Sequence record: SRR20825015_384
DNA length: 35,582 nt
Direction: 5' to 3' (one strand)
Shown here piece by piece: positions 19,470-28,504 of this stretch. How positions within the stretch are numbered: the first letter of the stretch is position 1; every line of letters starts with the position of its first letter. The translations under genes and the position numbers were made by a program. The notes under the pieces were generated by a model. The model ran no database searches. It worked only from the letters and a program-made list of their open reading frames with translations, and was not told the origin of the DNA.

Positions 19470-19592
19470 CTAGTGTATGGCGCCGATGTGCCCGGACATA
19501 TGGGCGAGCTTGTCCCGGTTCCGTATCTTGTAGATTGCCCTGATACGACCATCCTCGATCTCGAACGCGGTTGTCTGCAGGGTGCCGTTGTA
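19470..19592 (-). pseudogene. 3' remnant of an ECF41/SigJ-type sigma factor (SnoaL-like C-terminus)
   Basis: GTLQTTAFEIEDGRIRAIYKIRNRDKLAH resembles the ECF41 ...DGRI.AIY..RNPDKL tail; no sigma2/sigma4 region seen upstream. Confidence 0.65.
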
Positions 19593-19824
19593 CAACATCA
19601 AACTGGAATGCTTCTCTAAATGAGCAGAAATGGCCAAGATCACCTGCCGAGTAGCCTGGTGAAGAAACGTATCGGTGCATGTTTTGGAGGCGGACGCCAA
19701 AGACACTTTCAGGCACTTATCCAAGTCGGCGATGCGGTTCGAAAGCAACCGTTCCATCCATGACAGTTTTCACGAAGCGGGGTCACAGCGGGCCCCAACC
19801 GAAAGTTCGCTGAATGATCGTAAT

Positions 19825-19890
19825 AGCCGGCAGCTTGCCGGAAGCCGCACTGGCCATCTCAGGGCCGATTTTGGGCGCAAAGCAGAGATT
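19825..19890 (+). repeat. Junction repeat (direct pair)
   Basis: AGCCGGCAGCTTGCCGG (19825) and TCAGGGCCGATTTTGGGCGC (19859), ending next to the lysR stop. Confidence 0.5.
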
Positions 19891-19891
19891 T

Positions 19892-20797
19892 TCAGTGCAG
19901 CTTGTCGACCAAAAAGTCCACAAAGACGCGAACACGGGCCGGAATGTTGGCTCCGCCGACAAAAACAGCGTGGATATGCTCGACATCGCCCGGATTGTAG
20001 TCCTCAAGGAGTGGGACTAACCGTCCGTTCTCGATCTCGGTGATGACGCTGAAGCGGCCCACGCGAGCGATCCCAACCCCTTGAGCGGCGAGTTCACCCA
20101 GGGTCTCGCCGCTGTTCGCCTCGATCGTGCCCTTCACTGACAGTGCGAAATCCTCTCCGTGGCGGCGAAACGGCCAGATCGGCTCGGCGCGACGGAAATT
20201 GAAATTGAGGCAGTTGTGATGGTGCAGATCCTCCGGCACGCGCGGGGTGCCGGCGTGCGCCAGATAGTCGGGAGAGGCAACGATCATGCGGCCTGTCTCG
20301 CCCAGCTTGCGCGCCATGAGGCCGCTGTCGGGGAGCGGACCGAAGCGAATCGCCACATCCGCTTCGCCACCTGCCACATCGACCAGGGTATCCGACAAGG
20401 CGATGTCGACCAGGATATGAGGATAGAGCCGCACGAATTCACCGAGCAGGGGCACGACGCATAGCCGGCCGTGAGATTGCGCCGCGTTGACCCGAAGCCG
20501 ACCGCGCGGCGCCCCTTGGTCGGAGATTTGCTGCTCGGCGTCATTCAGGTCGGCCAGGATGCGTCGCGCAGCCTGGAGATAGCTGCGACCTTCCGCTGTC
20601 AGGGTGAGTGTGCGGGTCGAGCGCAGCAGCAGCCGCACACCAAGCCGAGCTTCGATCCGGTCGACCGCGCGGCTGACCGCAGAGGGGGTAAGGTCGAATT
20701 GGCGGCCGGCCGCCGAGAAGCTGCCGAGATCGACCACCGCCGTGAATATCTCCAGCGCGCGTGCGCGATCTGCCCCGTCCTTGGCTTTTGCGTCCAT
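19892..20797 (-). CDS. LysR family regulator (CrgA/DmlR-like)
   Basis: HTH GSFSAAGRQFDLTPSAVSR...RLGVRLLLRSTR, plus VASPDYL and HNCL; divergent from the AKR-MFS operon. Confidence 0.93.
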   Translation of the reverse strand: MDAKAKDGADRARALEIFTAVVDLGSFSAAGRQFDLTPSAVSRAVDRIEARLGVRLLLRSTRTLTLTAEGRSYLQAARRILADLNDAEQQISDQGAPRGRLRVNAAQSHGRLCVVPLLGEFVRLYPHILVDIALSDTLVDVAGGEADVAIRFGPLPDSGLMARKLGETGRMIVASPDYLAHAGTPRVPEDLHHHNCLNFNFRRAEPIWPFRRHGEDFALSVKGTIEANSGETLGELAAQGVGIARVGRFSVITEIENGRLVPLLEDYNPGDVEHIHAVFVGGANIPARVRVFVDFLVDKLH

Positions 20798-20804
20798 AGC
20801 AAAA
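20786..20804. promoter_or_regulatory. Putative LysR recognition site (T-N11-A)
   Basis: TTTTGC-GTCCATA-GCAAAA dyad overlapping the lysR start codon. Confidence 0.55.
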
Positions 20805-20885
20805 ATCCTTTGCTCCATTGCCCGCTATTCCAGCGCAGTGCTTACGTTCATCTATGCGTCCATATCGTAACCAAAAGGGTGAACC

Positions 20886-21920
20886 ATGGAATATAGGCAA
20901 TTGGGGGCGTCGGGCCTGCGTGTGCCCGCGCTCAGCTTTGGCACCGGCACCTTCGGCGGCAAGGGTCCGCTGTTCAGCGCCTGGGGTCAGAGCGACGCCG
21001 CCGAGGCGCGGCGGCTGATCGACATTTGCCTGGACGCAGGCGTCAACTTGTTCGACACCGCCGATGTCTATTCGAACGGCGCTTCCGAGGAGGTGCTGGG
21101 CGAGGCCATCAAGGGCCGGCGTGGTGCAGTGCTGATTTCGACCAAGACGGGTCTGCCGATGGGCGACGGCCCCGAGGACTGGGGCGCATCACGCGCACGG
21201 CTGATCCGTGCGGTCGAGGACGCGCTGCGGCGGCTGGGCACCGACTACATCGACCTGCTCCAGCTTCACGCTTTCGATGCTTTCACCCCGGTCGAAGAGT
21301 TGATGGGCACACTCGATATGCTGATCGCGGCAGGCAAGCTGCGATATGCCGGCGTTTCCAACTATCCCGGCTGGCAGCTCATGAAAGCTCAAGCGGTCGC
21401 AGATCGGCAGGGCTTGCCGCGACTTGTCGCGCACCAGGTTTATTACTCGCTGATCGGACGCGGCTATGAGGCGGACCTGATGCCGCTCGCCGCCGATCAG
21501 GGCGTCGGTGCGCTGGTCTGGAGCCCCCTCGGATGGGGTCGGTTGACGGGCCGGATCGGGCGCGGCCGCCCAGTCCCCGAAGGCAGCCGCCTTCAGGAGA
21601 CCGAACAGTTTGCCCCACCTGTTGCGGAAGAACATCTCTACCAGGTGATCGACGCGCTGGAGGATATCGCGCGTGAGACGGGCAAGACGGTCCCGCAGAT
21701 CGCGATCAACTGGCTGCTTCAACGCCCAACCGTCTCGTCAGTCATTGTCGGCGCGCGCAACGAGGAGCAGCTGCGCCAGAATCTCGGTGCCGTGGGCTGG
21801 AAGCTCACCCCCGAACAGATGAAAGCGCTCGATCAGGCCAGTGATCTGCTGCCGCCCTATCCCCACACCCCGTATCGGCAGCAGGAGGGCTTTGCCCGCC
21901 TCAACCCGCCGATGGTCTGA
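20886..21920 (+). CDS. Aldo/keto reductase
   Basis: FDTADVYSNG.SE, LGTDYIDLLQLH, GVSN and WSPLGWGRLTG. Confidence 0.93.
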   Translation: MEYRQLGASGLRVPALSFGTGTFGGKGPLFSAWGQSDAAEARRLIDICLDAGVNLFDTADVYSNGASEEVLGEAIKGRRGAVLISTKTGLPMGDGPEDWGASRARLIRAVEDALRRLGTDYIDLLQLHAFDAFTPVEELMGTLDMLIAAGKLRYAGVSNYPGWQLMKAQAVADRQGLPRLVAHQVYYSLIGRGYEADLMPLAADQGVGALVWSPLGWGRLTGRIGRGRPVPEGSRLQETEQFAPPVAEEHLYQVIDALEDIARETGKTVPQIAINWLLQRPTVSSVIVGARNEEQLRQNLGAVGWKLTPEQMKALDQASDLLPPYPHTPYRQQEGFARLNPPMV

Positions 21921-21935
21921 TAAGGAATTCCCGCA

Positions 21936-23111
21936 ATGAAACTCAACCACGGGCTGATTGCCCTATCGGTCGGCGCCTTCGGCATCGGCGTGACGGAATT
22001 CGCCCCTATGGGTCTGCTGCCGGTCATCGCAACTGATCTTGGCGTTTCCATCCCTGTCGCGGGGCTGCTGATCAGTGCCTATGCACTGGGGGTGATGATC
22101 GGTGCCCCGCTGATGACGCTCACGACCGGCCGTGTGCCACGCCGCACGCTGTTGATCCTTCTGGCTGGCATCTTCACCCTTGGAAATCTGCTGGCGGCAG
22201 TCTCAACCGGCTACGGCATGTTTATGGTCGCGCGGATCGTCACCTCCCTCAACCACGGCGCATTCTTTGGCGTCGGATCGATCGTCGCGGCCAGCCTGGT
22301 GCCGCCAGAACGCAGGGCCGGCGCGGTCGCAGCGATGTTCATGGGGCTGACCATCGCCAATGTCGTCGGCGTGCCGCTCGCTGCCTGGGGAGGCGAACAT
22401 CTCGGCTGGCGAATGGCTTTCTGGGGCATTGCCGGGCTCGGCATTGCTACCATGGTCGCGCTTCGGCTGACACTGCCGGCGCTGCCCGCACCGAAGAGCG
22501 GCAACGCGCTTGCCGAGTTACGTGCGCTGAGCAGCAGACAGGTGCTTGGAGCACTTGCGCTCACCGTCGTCGGTTCGAGCGCGATGTTCACCGTCTTCAC
22601 CTATATTGCGCCGATACTGCGCGAAGCGACGCACGCTTCGCTCGGCTTCGTGACATTGATGCTCGTAACTTATGGCGTGGGGATGACGGTGGGCAACTGG
22701 CTGGGCGGCCGCTTTGCCGACCGGTCGGTCGACCGTACGCTGATCGTCGCGCTGGTCGGGCTGACCGCAGTCCTCATCGCCTTTGCACTGTTGATGCCCT
22801 TTATCGCGCCAATGCCGATCATCATCTTCCTGTGGGGTGTGGCAAGTTTTGCGCTGGTGCCGCCGCTTCAGGTCCGGGTCATGTCGGCTGCGGTGGACGC
22901 GCCCAATCTGGCTTCGTCGGTCAATATCGGCGCGTTCAACCTGGGCAATGCCGTCGGCGCGGCTCTGGGTGGCGCTGTTATCGCGTCCGGGCTTGGCTAT
23001 CCCGCGGTGGCACTGGCAGGCGCGGCGACCTCGGCCATCGGGCTAAGCGCTGTGTTGTTCGCAGTTAGCAGAGCACCCGTGTCGGACGATCGGCAGTTTT
23101 GCAGGACGTGA
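21936..23111 (+). CDS. MFS transporter (DHA1, AraJ/YdhP-like)
   Basis: AFGIGVTEFAPMGLL, HGAFFGVG, GLTIANVVGVP and AFNLGNAVGA; about 12 TMs. Confidence 0.93.
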   Translation: MKLNHGLIALSVGAFGIGVTEFAPMGLLPVIATDLGVSIPVAGLLISAYALGVMIGAPLMTLTTGRVPRRTLLILLAGIFTLGNLLAAVSTGYGMFMVARIVTSLNHGAFFGVGSIVAASLVPPERRAGAVAAMFMGLTIANVVGVPLAAWGGEHLGWRMAFWGIAGLGIATMVALRLTLPALPAPKSGNALAELRALSSRQVLGALALTVVGSSAMFTVFTYIAPILREATHASLGFVTLMLVTYGVGMTVGNWLGGRFADRSVDRTLIVALVGLTAVLIAFALLMPFIAPMPIIIFLWGVASFALVPPLQVRVMSAAVDAPNLASSVNIGAFNLGNAVGAALGGAVIASGLGYPAVALAGAATSAIGLSAVLFAVSRAPVSDDRQFCRT

Positions 23112-23142
23112 GACTTGGCGCCGAACGACTGGAGAGAAGCGG
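23088..23142 (+). repeat. Junction repeat (direct pair) overlapping the MFS 3' end
   Basis: GATCGGCAGTTTTGCAG (23088) and GAACGACTGGAGAGAAGCGG (23123), 35 bp apart. Confidence 0.5.
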
Positions 23143-23339
23143 AACCGGAGCCCACTCGAATATGGGTCACTTATTGACCGAATGCCGAGATCGCCGAGAA
23201 TTCAGAAAGTGTCCAACTGGCCCGCCTAATTGGGATATTGCACACCACCTTCGTTGCTGGAGCAGCCCAACATTGAGTCGAGAGGACGGCGGCCCAGAGT
23301 GGCATGCGGGTCCCACCTTCCGGGCTGGTTGCGCTGCAG

Positions 23340-24347
23340 TCAGGTTTCGACATGCACGACGTCCAGTCCCGTCAGCTGTGCACTGGCGAGCCAGAGCTCC
23401 CGACTGCGTTCTGCGTCGTAGGATTCAGTTGATGATCTGATTTCCTTCAAGCCTTCGAAATATTTGCCGCTGACATTTTCAAGTGCGGGATCAACAACGA
23501 GCCGTGCGAGAGCTGCGCCAGATTCAGCGGTGGAATGAATATTGGGCGATACGAGCCGGCGCAGCAGGGGCAAAAGGCGTGGCAACACAACCCGCCACAT
23601 GAAGAGCAGCGGTGCGGGATATTCTCGCGCCAGTCCCGTGCCTGGCATCAGCCCCGGATCGAAAGCATTGGCACTCATGCCTTGCGGCAGGCGCCGTGCC
23701 AGCTCATAGGTGAAATAGATATTGGCAAGCTTCGAGGTTGAATATCGCCGCCCCCGGTCTGCCTCCTTGTCGTCATCCTTGCTCTCGATCCCCAACTCCC
23801 CACGGGCAAGCCTGGCCGGATCGTTCCATGCAGGTCCAGGCATCGAGCCGGCAAGTGCCGATGGAAGGGTCGCGAGTTGAGCCGGGTCATGCACGCCGCT
23901 TGCTACCACAGCGATGCGCGCGGAAGGGACGAGCATCGGAAGCAGGAGATTGACCAACAAGTAGTGACCCAGATGGTTTACGCCGAAAGTCGTCTCGTAA
24001 CCATCGGCAGTCAATCCGCGCGCGCCCTGGAATCCTGCATTGCAGATGAGTGCTTTCACGGGCGGTAAGTCCCCGGCCGCCAACCGCCGCTCTGTCTCGC
24101 CGGCAAAGGCTCGGATTGAAGTCATCGACGCCAGATCTAGCATCATCGCCTCGACGCGCGCGCCCTCTGTGCGTGCCGACTGACGCAGCGCTTGGATCGC
24201 AGCATTTGCGCGCTCGGGGTCGCGAGCGGCAATAACCACATGCAGATCAGGCGCGTTGGCGAGAATTGATCTGGCACAGGCCAGGCCGAGGCCTGAATTA
24301 CCCCCGGTGATGATAACGGTTTGTGGTTGGTGCACTTGTGTCTCCAT
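23340..24347 (-). CDS. SDR oxidoreductase (protochlorophyllide reductase/retinol dehydrogenase-like)
   Basis: ITGGNSGLG, LDLAS, CNAG, FGVNHLGHY, YSTSK and FDPGLMPGTGLAR. Confidence 0.92.
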   Translation of the reverse strand: METQVHQPQTVIITGGNSGLGLACARSILANAPDLHVVIAARDPERANAAIQALRQSARTEGARVEAMMLDLASMTSIRAFAGETERRLAAGDLPPVKALICNAGFQGARGLTADGYETTFGVNHLGHYLLVNLLLPMLVPSARIAVVASGVHDPAQLATLPSALAGSMPGPAWNDPARLARGELGIESKDDDKEADRGRRYSTSKLANIYFTYELARRLPQGMSANAFDPGLMPGTGLAREYPAPLLFMWRVVLPRLLPLLRRLVSPNIHSTAESGAALARLVVDPALENVSGKYFEGLKEIRSSTESYDAERSRELWLASAQLTGLDVVHVET

Positions 24348-24374
24348 CGGACTTGAAAAGCCACTGGAGCGCAG

Positions 24375-24405
24375 CTAGTAACCCTTGAGCATGGTCCATG
24401 GTCAA
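24375..24405 (-). promoter_or_regulatory. MerR-type promoter/operator for the SDR gene
   Basis: Minus strand -35 TTGACC, 19-bp spacer, TACTAG. The dyad TTGAGCATGG-T-CCATGGTCAA (24385-24405) covers the -35 and spacer. Confidence 0.7.
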
Positions 24406-24414
24406 TGATAAAAA

Positions 24415-24819
24415 ATGCTGATTTCTGAATTTGCCCGACGCACGGCCCTTAGCGTCGATACCGTCCGTTATTACGTGCGCGCCGGGCTGATGTCGCCGCA
24501 ACAGGGGGTCAGAGGTGGGCGAAATCCTTACCAGGAGTTCTCCGAGGACGACGTGCGCGCTGCCGACGTCATCCGCTTTGGTCAGGCCCTGGGGATGTCA
24601 CTCAAGGAAATTGCGGCGGTCCTGCAAGCCGGTAAGGACAGTCAACTCGAAATCCTGCAGCAGCGGCGTGATGAATTGCGTGCACGGGGGGAAGAGCTTC
24701 TTCGACTGTCCCGCTACCTCGATGAAAAGATCGCGTGGATAAGTGCTGGATCGCCAGGTGACCCGCCCGAACTGGATCACCCAAGTCTGAAAAATTCGTC
24801 CTCGGACGTGTGCGACTAA
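24415..24819 (+). CDS. MerR family regulator
   Basis: MLISEFARRTALSVDTVRYY..GLM, LGMSLKEIA and a coiled coil. Confidence 0.92.
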   Translation: MLISEFARRTALSVDTVRYYVRAGLMSPQQGVRGGRNPYQEFSEDDVRAADVIRFGQALGMSLKEIAAVLQAGKDSQLEILQQRRDELRARGEELLRLSRYLDEKIAWISAGSPGDPPELDHPSLKNSSSDVCD

Positions 24820-24947
24820 GCCGCTCCCCTCCCTTCACCCGCCAGTCTGGCGGTAACTGAGGGCATTCGACCCTGAAGCGAGGTTCGCAGTGGTGAGCCG
24901 GAATTAGACGACGCCTGCACGGTAGTATGTGGTTCGGGCCGAAGTGT

Positions 24948-25814
24948 TTACCGCAGCATGGCCGCATCTTCACTGGGGGTCAGGTTGAACAGGCGGCGGT
25001 AGTCCCGGTTGAACTGGGAAATGCTTTCGTAACCCACGTCATAAGCGACAGCTGAAATTCTGCTCGAGCCCGAGAGGCCCCGGCGGGCCTCCTGCAGCCG
25101 AACCCGCTTTTGGAACTGCACAGGGGTGATTGATGTGACCGCCTTGAAGTGCCGGTGAAAGCTCGGAACGCTCATACTCGCCATAGCTGCAAGATCGCGG
25201 ATGACCAGGGGGGCCGCGTAGTTTTCTCTGATCCAGGCGGTCGTCCGGCCAATTCTGGCAGCATGGCCATTGGCGAAAGCGAGTTGGCTCAGCATGGGGC
25301 CATGCTCGCTGTGCAGCAGCCGCCAAACAATCTCCCGGAGGATCAATGGTGCCATGACGGGGATGTCGCGCTTGCGATCGATCAGCATCAGCAGCCGGAT
25401 GAGCGGATCGATCAGATCCTTGTCCAACGCATACTTGCCGGCCACCTTCGCATCTGGTGCCGCCGGGCGCGGGCCGGGCTGTTCGCGCAGGAGTTCAGCG
25501 ACCACGGTTGGATCGAAATCGAGATGAATGGCCAGATAAGGGGCCGATGGGCTTGCTTCCACGATCCGCGAGGTTACCGGGACATCGGCCGCACACAGCA
25601 GCGACTCCCCCGCTGCATAACGGAACGGCACTTCTCCTACCATCAATTCCTTGACGCCTCGCGCCACAAGGCCAAACGAAGGCTGGTACATCGAGTGAGA
25701 GGCTTCGGTCGGCACGTCTGTACGCCCCACCTTGAGCCCGGGGATCGGCGTCACGTAATCATATTGGGCATGGCGCTCGATAACGCTTAGCAGGTCGGAG
25801 AACAGCGGTCTCAT
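24948..25814 (-). CDS. AraC family regulator (YqhC-like, AraC_N plus HTH)
   Basis: YQPSFGLVARGVK, ASPSAPYLA, MSVPSFHRHFKAVT and VGYESISQFNRDY. Confidence 0.93.
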   Translation of the reverse strand: MRPLFSDLLSVIERHAQYDYVTPIPGLKVGRTDVPTEASHSMYQPSFGLVARGVKELMVGEVPFRYAAGESLLCAADVPVTSRIVEASPSAPYLAIHLDFDPTVVAELLREQPGPRPAAPDAKVAGKYALDKDLIDPLIRLLMLIDRKRDIPVMAPLILREIVWRLLHSEHGPMLSQLAFANGHAARIGRTTAWIRENYAAPLVIRDLAAMASMSVPSFHRHFKAVTSITPVQFQKRVRLQEARRGLSGSSRISAVAYDVGYESISQFNRDYRRLFNLTPSEDAAMLR

Positions 25815-25955
25815 AAGGCGGACGTCCTTTGCTGCGAGCGGTCAATTGGCTTGTCACCACAACACCACCCAATGTGGGCAGGCGCTATGCATATCCTATC
25901 AAGGGCGCGCTGTTTTCTCTCAGATTGTGTGCGCCAAGCGGCAGCTCCGTCTGGT

Positions 25956-26020
25956 TGAGAGCCTCAGGCAAATCCCTGATAGGATCTGCGTAGGGTGTGC
26001 GGATGCCCCTTCGCTATGAT
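25956..26020 (+). promoter_or_regulatory. AraC-activated promoter of the AKR gene
   Basis: Direct repeats TGAGAGCCTCAGGCAA (25956) and TGATAGGATCTGCGTA (25977), 21 bp apart, abutting the -35 position; -10 TATGAT at 26015. Confidence 0.6.
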
Positions 26021-26081
26021 GCTTGCAACGGCGCTGTTCGGTGCCTGATCATGCTTTTCACTGCATCTCAAGGATCAAGCC

Positions 26082-27080
26082 ATGCGCATGCGCAAGTTCG
26101 GGAATAGTGGCCTTTTTGTATCAGAACTGTCTTTCGGGGCAATGACCTTCGGCGGTACGGGGGGCATATGGGGACAGGTCGGTAAGCTCGGTCAGGAAGA
26201 GGCCGATGTTCTGGTCAAGGCTGCCCTCGATGCGGGCATCAACCTGTTCGACACGGCCAATATCTACGCCAATGGTCGCAGCGAGGAAATCCTGGGTCAG
26301 TCGCTCAGGAATCTGGGTGTAGCGAGGGAAGACGTGGTCATTGCGACGAAGGTGCATGGCGCGATGGGCGAGGGTCCGAACCGGCGCGGTGCGTCGCGCG
26401 GCCATATCATGAGTGAGGTGCATGCCAGCTTGCGGCGACTCCAACTCGACCACATCGACCTCTACCAACTGCACGGTTTTGATCGGGATACCCCGATGGA
26501 AGAAACACTGGAGGCGCTCGATACACTCGTTCGGGCCGGTGATGTCCGCTATATCGGCCTCTCGAACTGGGCGGCGTGGCAGATCATGAAAGCGGTCGGC
26601 ATCACCGCACAAAGGCAACTGGCGCCGATCACCTCCCTGCAGGCCTACTACACTTTGGTCGGGCGGGACCTCGAGCGCGAGATCGTCCCCATGCTGACCT
26701 CGGAGAAGGTCGGGCTCATGGTCTGGAGCCCGCTCGCTGGGGGTTACCTCAGCGGCAAGTATTCTGCGGGTGGCGACAGCACGGGCGGCCGTCAGACGGA
26801 ACTGGATTTTCCGCCCATCAATCGGGAGCGCGGTGAACCGCTGATCGACGTGATGAAGGCCGTTGCTGCAAAACATGATTGCAAGCCCGCTCAGATCGCC
26901 ATCGCCTGGCTATTGATGCAGCCAGTCGTCTCCACCGTTCTGATCGGGGCCAAACGGGTAGACCAGCTCCATGAAAACGTCCGGGCAACCGAGATCGCGC
27001 TGGACGAAGAAGACTTGGCGCAACTCGACACAGTCAGCCGGCTACCGATCGAGTATCCTGGATGGTCCCTTGGCAATTGA
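26082..27080 (+). CDS. Aldo/keto reductase
   Basis: FDTANIYANGRSE, LQLDHIDLYQLH, IGLSN and WSPLAGGYLSGKY; AAGGA RBS. Confidence 0.93.
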   Translation: MRMRKFGNSGLFVSELSFGAMTFGGTGGIWGQVGKLGQEEADVLVKAALDAGINLFDTANIYANGRSEEILGQSLRNLGVAREDVVIATKVHGAMGEGPNRRGASRGHIMSEVHASLRRLQLDHIDLYQLHGFDRDTPMEETLEALDTLVRAGDVRYIGLSNWAAWQIMKAVGITAQRQLAPITSLQAYYTLVGRDLEREIVPMLTSEKVGLMVWSPLAGGYLSGKYSAGGDSTGGRQTELDFPPINRERGEPLIDVMKAVAAKHDCKPAQIAIAWLLMQPVVSTVLIGAKRVDQLHENVRATEIALDEEDLAQLDTVSRLPIEYPGWSLGN

Positions 27081-27098
27081 GTTACTCCCCGCCAAAGG

Positions 27099-27153
27099 AA
27101 GTGGCAGCTTTCGGGATCCCGGCGAGACTGTCTGAACGGCAGGCATGGGGCGG
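27099..27153 (+). repeat. Junction repeat (direct pair)
   Basis: AAGTGGCAGCTTTCGGG (27099) and GAACGGCAGGCATGGGGCGG (27134), 35 bp apart. Confidence 0.6.
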
Positions 27154-27177
27154 TGGGTTCAACCGATCGTCGCAACA
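27152..27177. mobile_element. Solo IS terminal inverted repeat (IS30-like)
   Basis: GGTGGGTTCAACCGATCGTCGCAACA resembles recalled IS30-family ends (GGCGGxTTCAACxGxTCGxCGCAACA). No transposase or partner end seen. Confidence 0.5.
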
Positions 27178-27454
27178 AGCTGGCTGCCGGATGGTTGGCC
27201 GATGATGATTTGTTCTGGGCGGATTAGGATCGTCCCTCCCGAATGTCCGGTCGCTGGAACCGGAACGGGGCCGAGCGGCGTCATGGCGATGGCCAGTCGT
27301 TAACGGCAGACTTCGTCACGAATGGCCGCGGCGCCGTCTGAGTGGGCGGATGACCGTCTGAAACATCAGACCCCTATAGATATGGAAAGCGATTGGAGTG
27401 GAAAGACCGGCCGCTTTGGCCGCTTAGCGGATTTCGTCAGGACAGTGCTAGCCG

Positions 27455-27934
27455 CTATGACGGTCCTCGGTCGATGTTCTTGGACATATTCACGCCAGTG
27501 ACGCGAAATCCCGCCCCTTCGTAAACACGCAACGCACGTACATTGTCGGCAGCAACTCGCAGCTTGATTTGGTCGAACCCGCATTCTTTCAAAGTTTGCT
27601 CCAACGCCTGAAGCGCCGCCTTACCGTAAGCCTGGCCCCGGTGGTCCGGAAAAACATAGAAGTCTTTGATAAAGACCGAGCGAGCCTCGGCGTTGGGTCT
27701 GTACCACAGATAGCCTACGACCTTGCCGACCGTGTCCTCAAGACAAAGCAGCACTTCGCCCTTGGTGTCCACGCCTTGGGGAAGGTCGGCCGCGACTTCG
27801 CTTTTCGCCTGGTCTAGGGCATCCTCGTGGGCAAGGCCGTAGTTGGACTGTATTTCGGCAGCGTAGTCAGGCAAAAAATATTCAAGGTAGTGGGAATACT
27901 CGCTGGCGAGCATTGGCCGTGATCTGATCGACAT
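27455..27934 (-). CDS. GNAT family N-acetyltransferase
   Basis: VGYLWY, FYVFPDHRGQAYGK (acetyl-CoA motif A) and LRVAADNVRALRVYEGAGF. Confidence 0.92.
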   Translation of the reverse strand: MSIRSRPMLASEYSHYLEYFLPDYAAEIQSNYGLAHEDALDQAKSEVAADLPQGVDTKGEVLLCLEDTVGKVVGYLWYRPNAEARSVFIKDFYVFPDHRGQAYGKAALQALEQTLKECGFDQIKLRVAADNVRALRVYEGAGFRVTGVNMSKNIDRGPS

Positions 27935-28269
27935 GAAGTTCCGCCCGGTTACGCGTTATCGCAAGGCCCATTGGCTGACAATCGCTCGCGCCAAGTCAAA
28001 TAAATTCGGGTGCAGCGTAAGGTGATCGGTTGGCGCCAACGTCCGAATTGGGATCGGCTGCGGGTGACTGATTTAGATCTCCAATTGGGCAGTCCTGGAA
28101 CACAATATCTGGGTTGGAACCTACTGATCAGCGATGCGCCCCATGTTGATCTTCTGTCGCGGCTGAATTCACGCCGCTCGCGTGCCACACCAATGTGCAG
28201 CGCCTACACATGCTCCTTCGGCTTTACCGTTACCTCTACCCACACTGTACGACCATTGACCGCTCATTT

Positions 28270-28314
28270 CCCATCCATATGGATGGGGGAGAGCCAGATT
28301 TTCCCGATTAAGTA
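28270..28314 (+). promoter_or_regulatory. Palindromic operator plus -10-like element upstream of the LuxR pair
   Basis: Perfect palindrome CCCATCCATATGGATGGG (28270-28287); TAAGTA lies 22 bp after GGATGG. Confidence 0.65.
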
Positions 28315-28504
28315 TTTTACGCAGCTCCGCGCGTTTTTGCCGACGGGGAACCCTTGGTGAAAGGAGAATTTTTGAACCCCGGCCTTCGAAGCAATCTGCA
28401 TTTCGGCCGAACCTTCTCGGAGGTCGTTGCGTCTGTATTTCGGCCTGTACTTGGTGGGTGAATATCTTACCTTGAATTTCCAATCGTGGTCAGGATCGCG
28501 CGGT

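Noticed and set aside
23340-24347. Light-dependent protochlorophyllide reductase / photosynthesis gene
   Set aside because: Similarity is at SDR subfamily level only, there are no bch/chl genes, and the MerR-linked context suggests detoxification.
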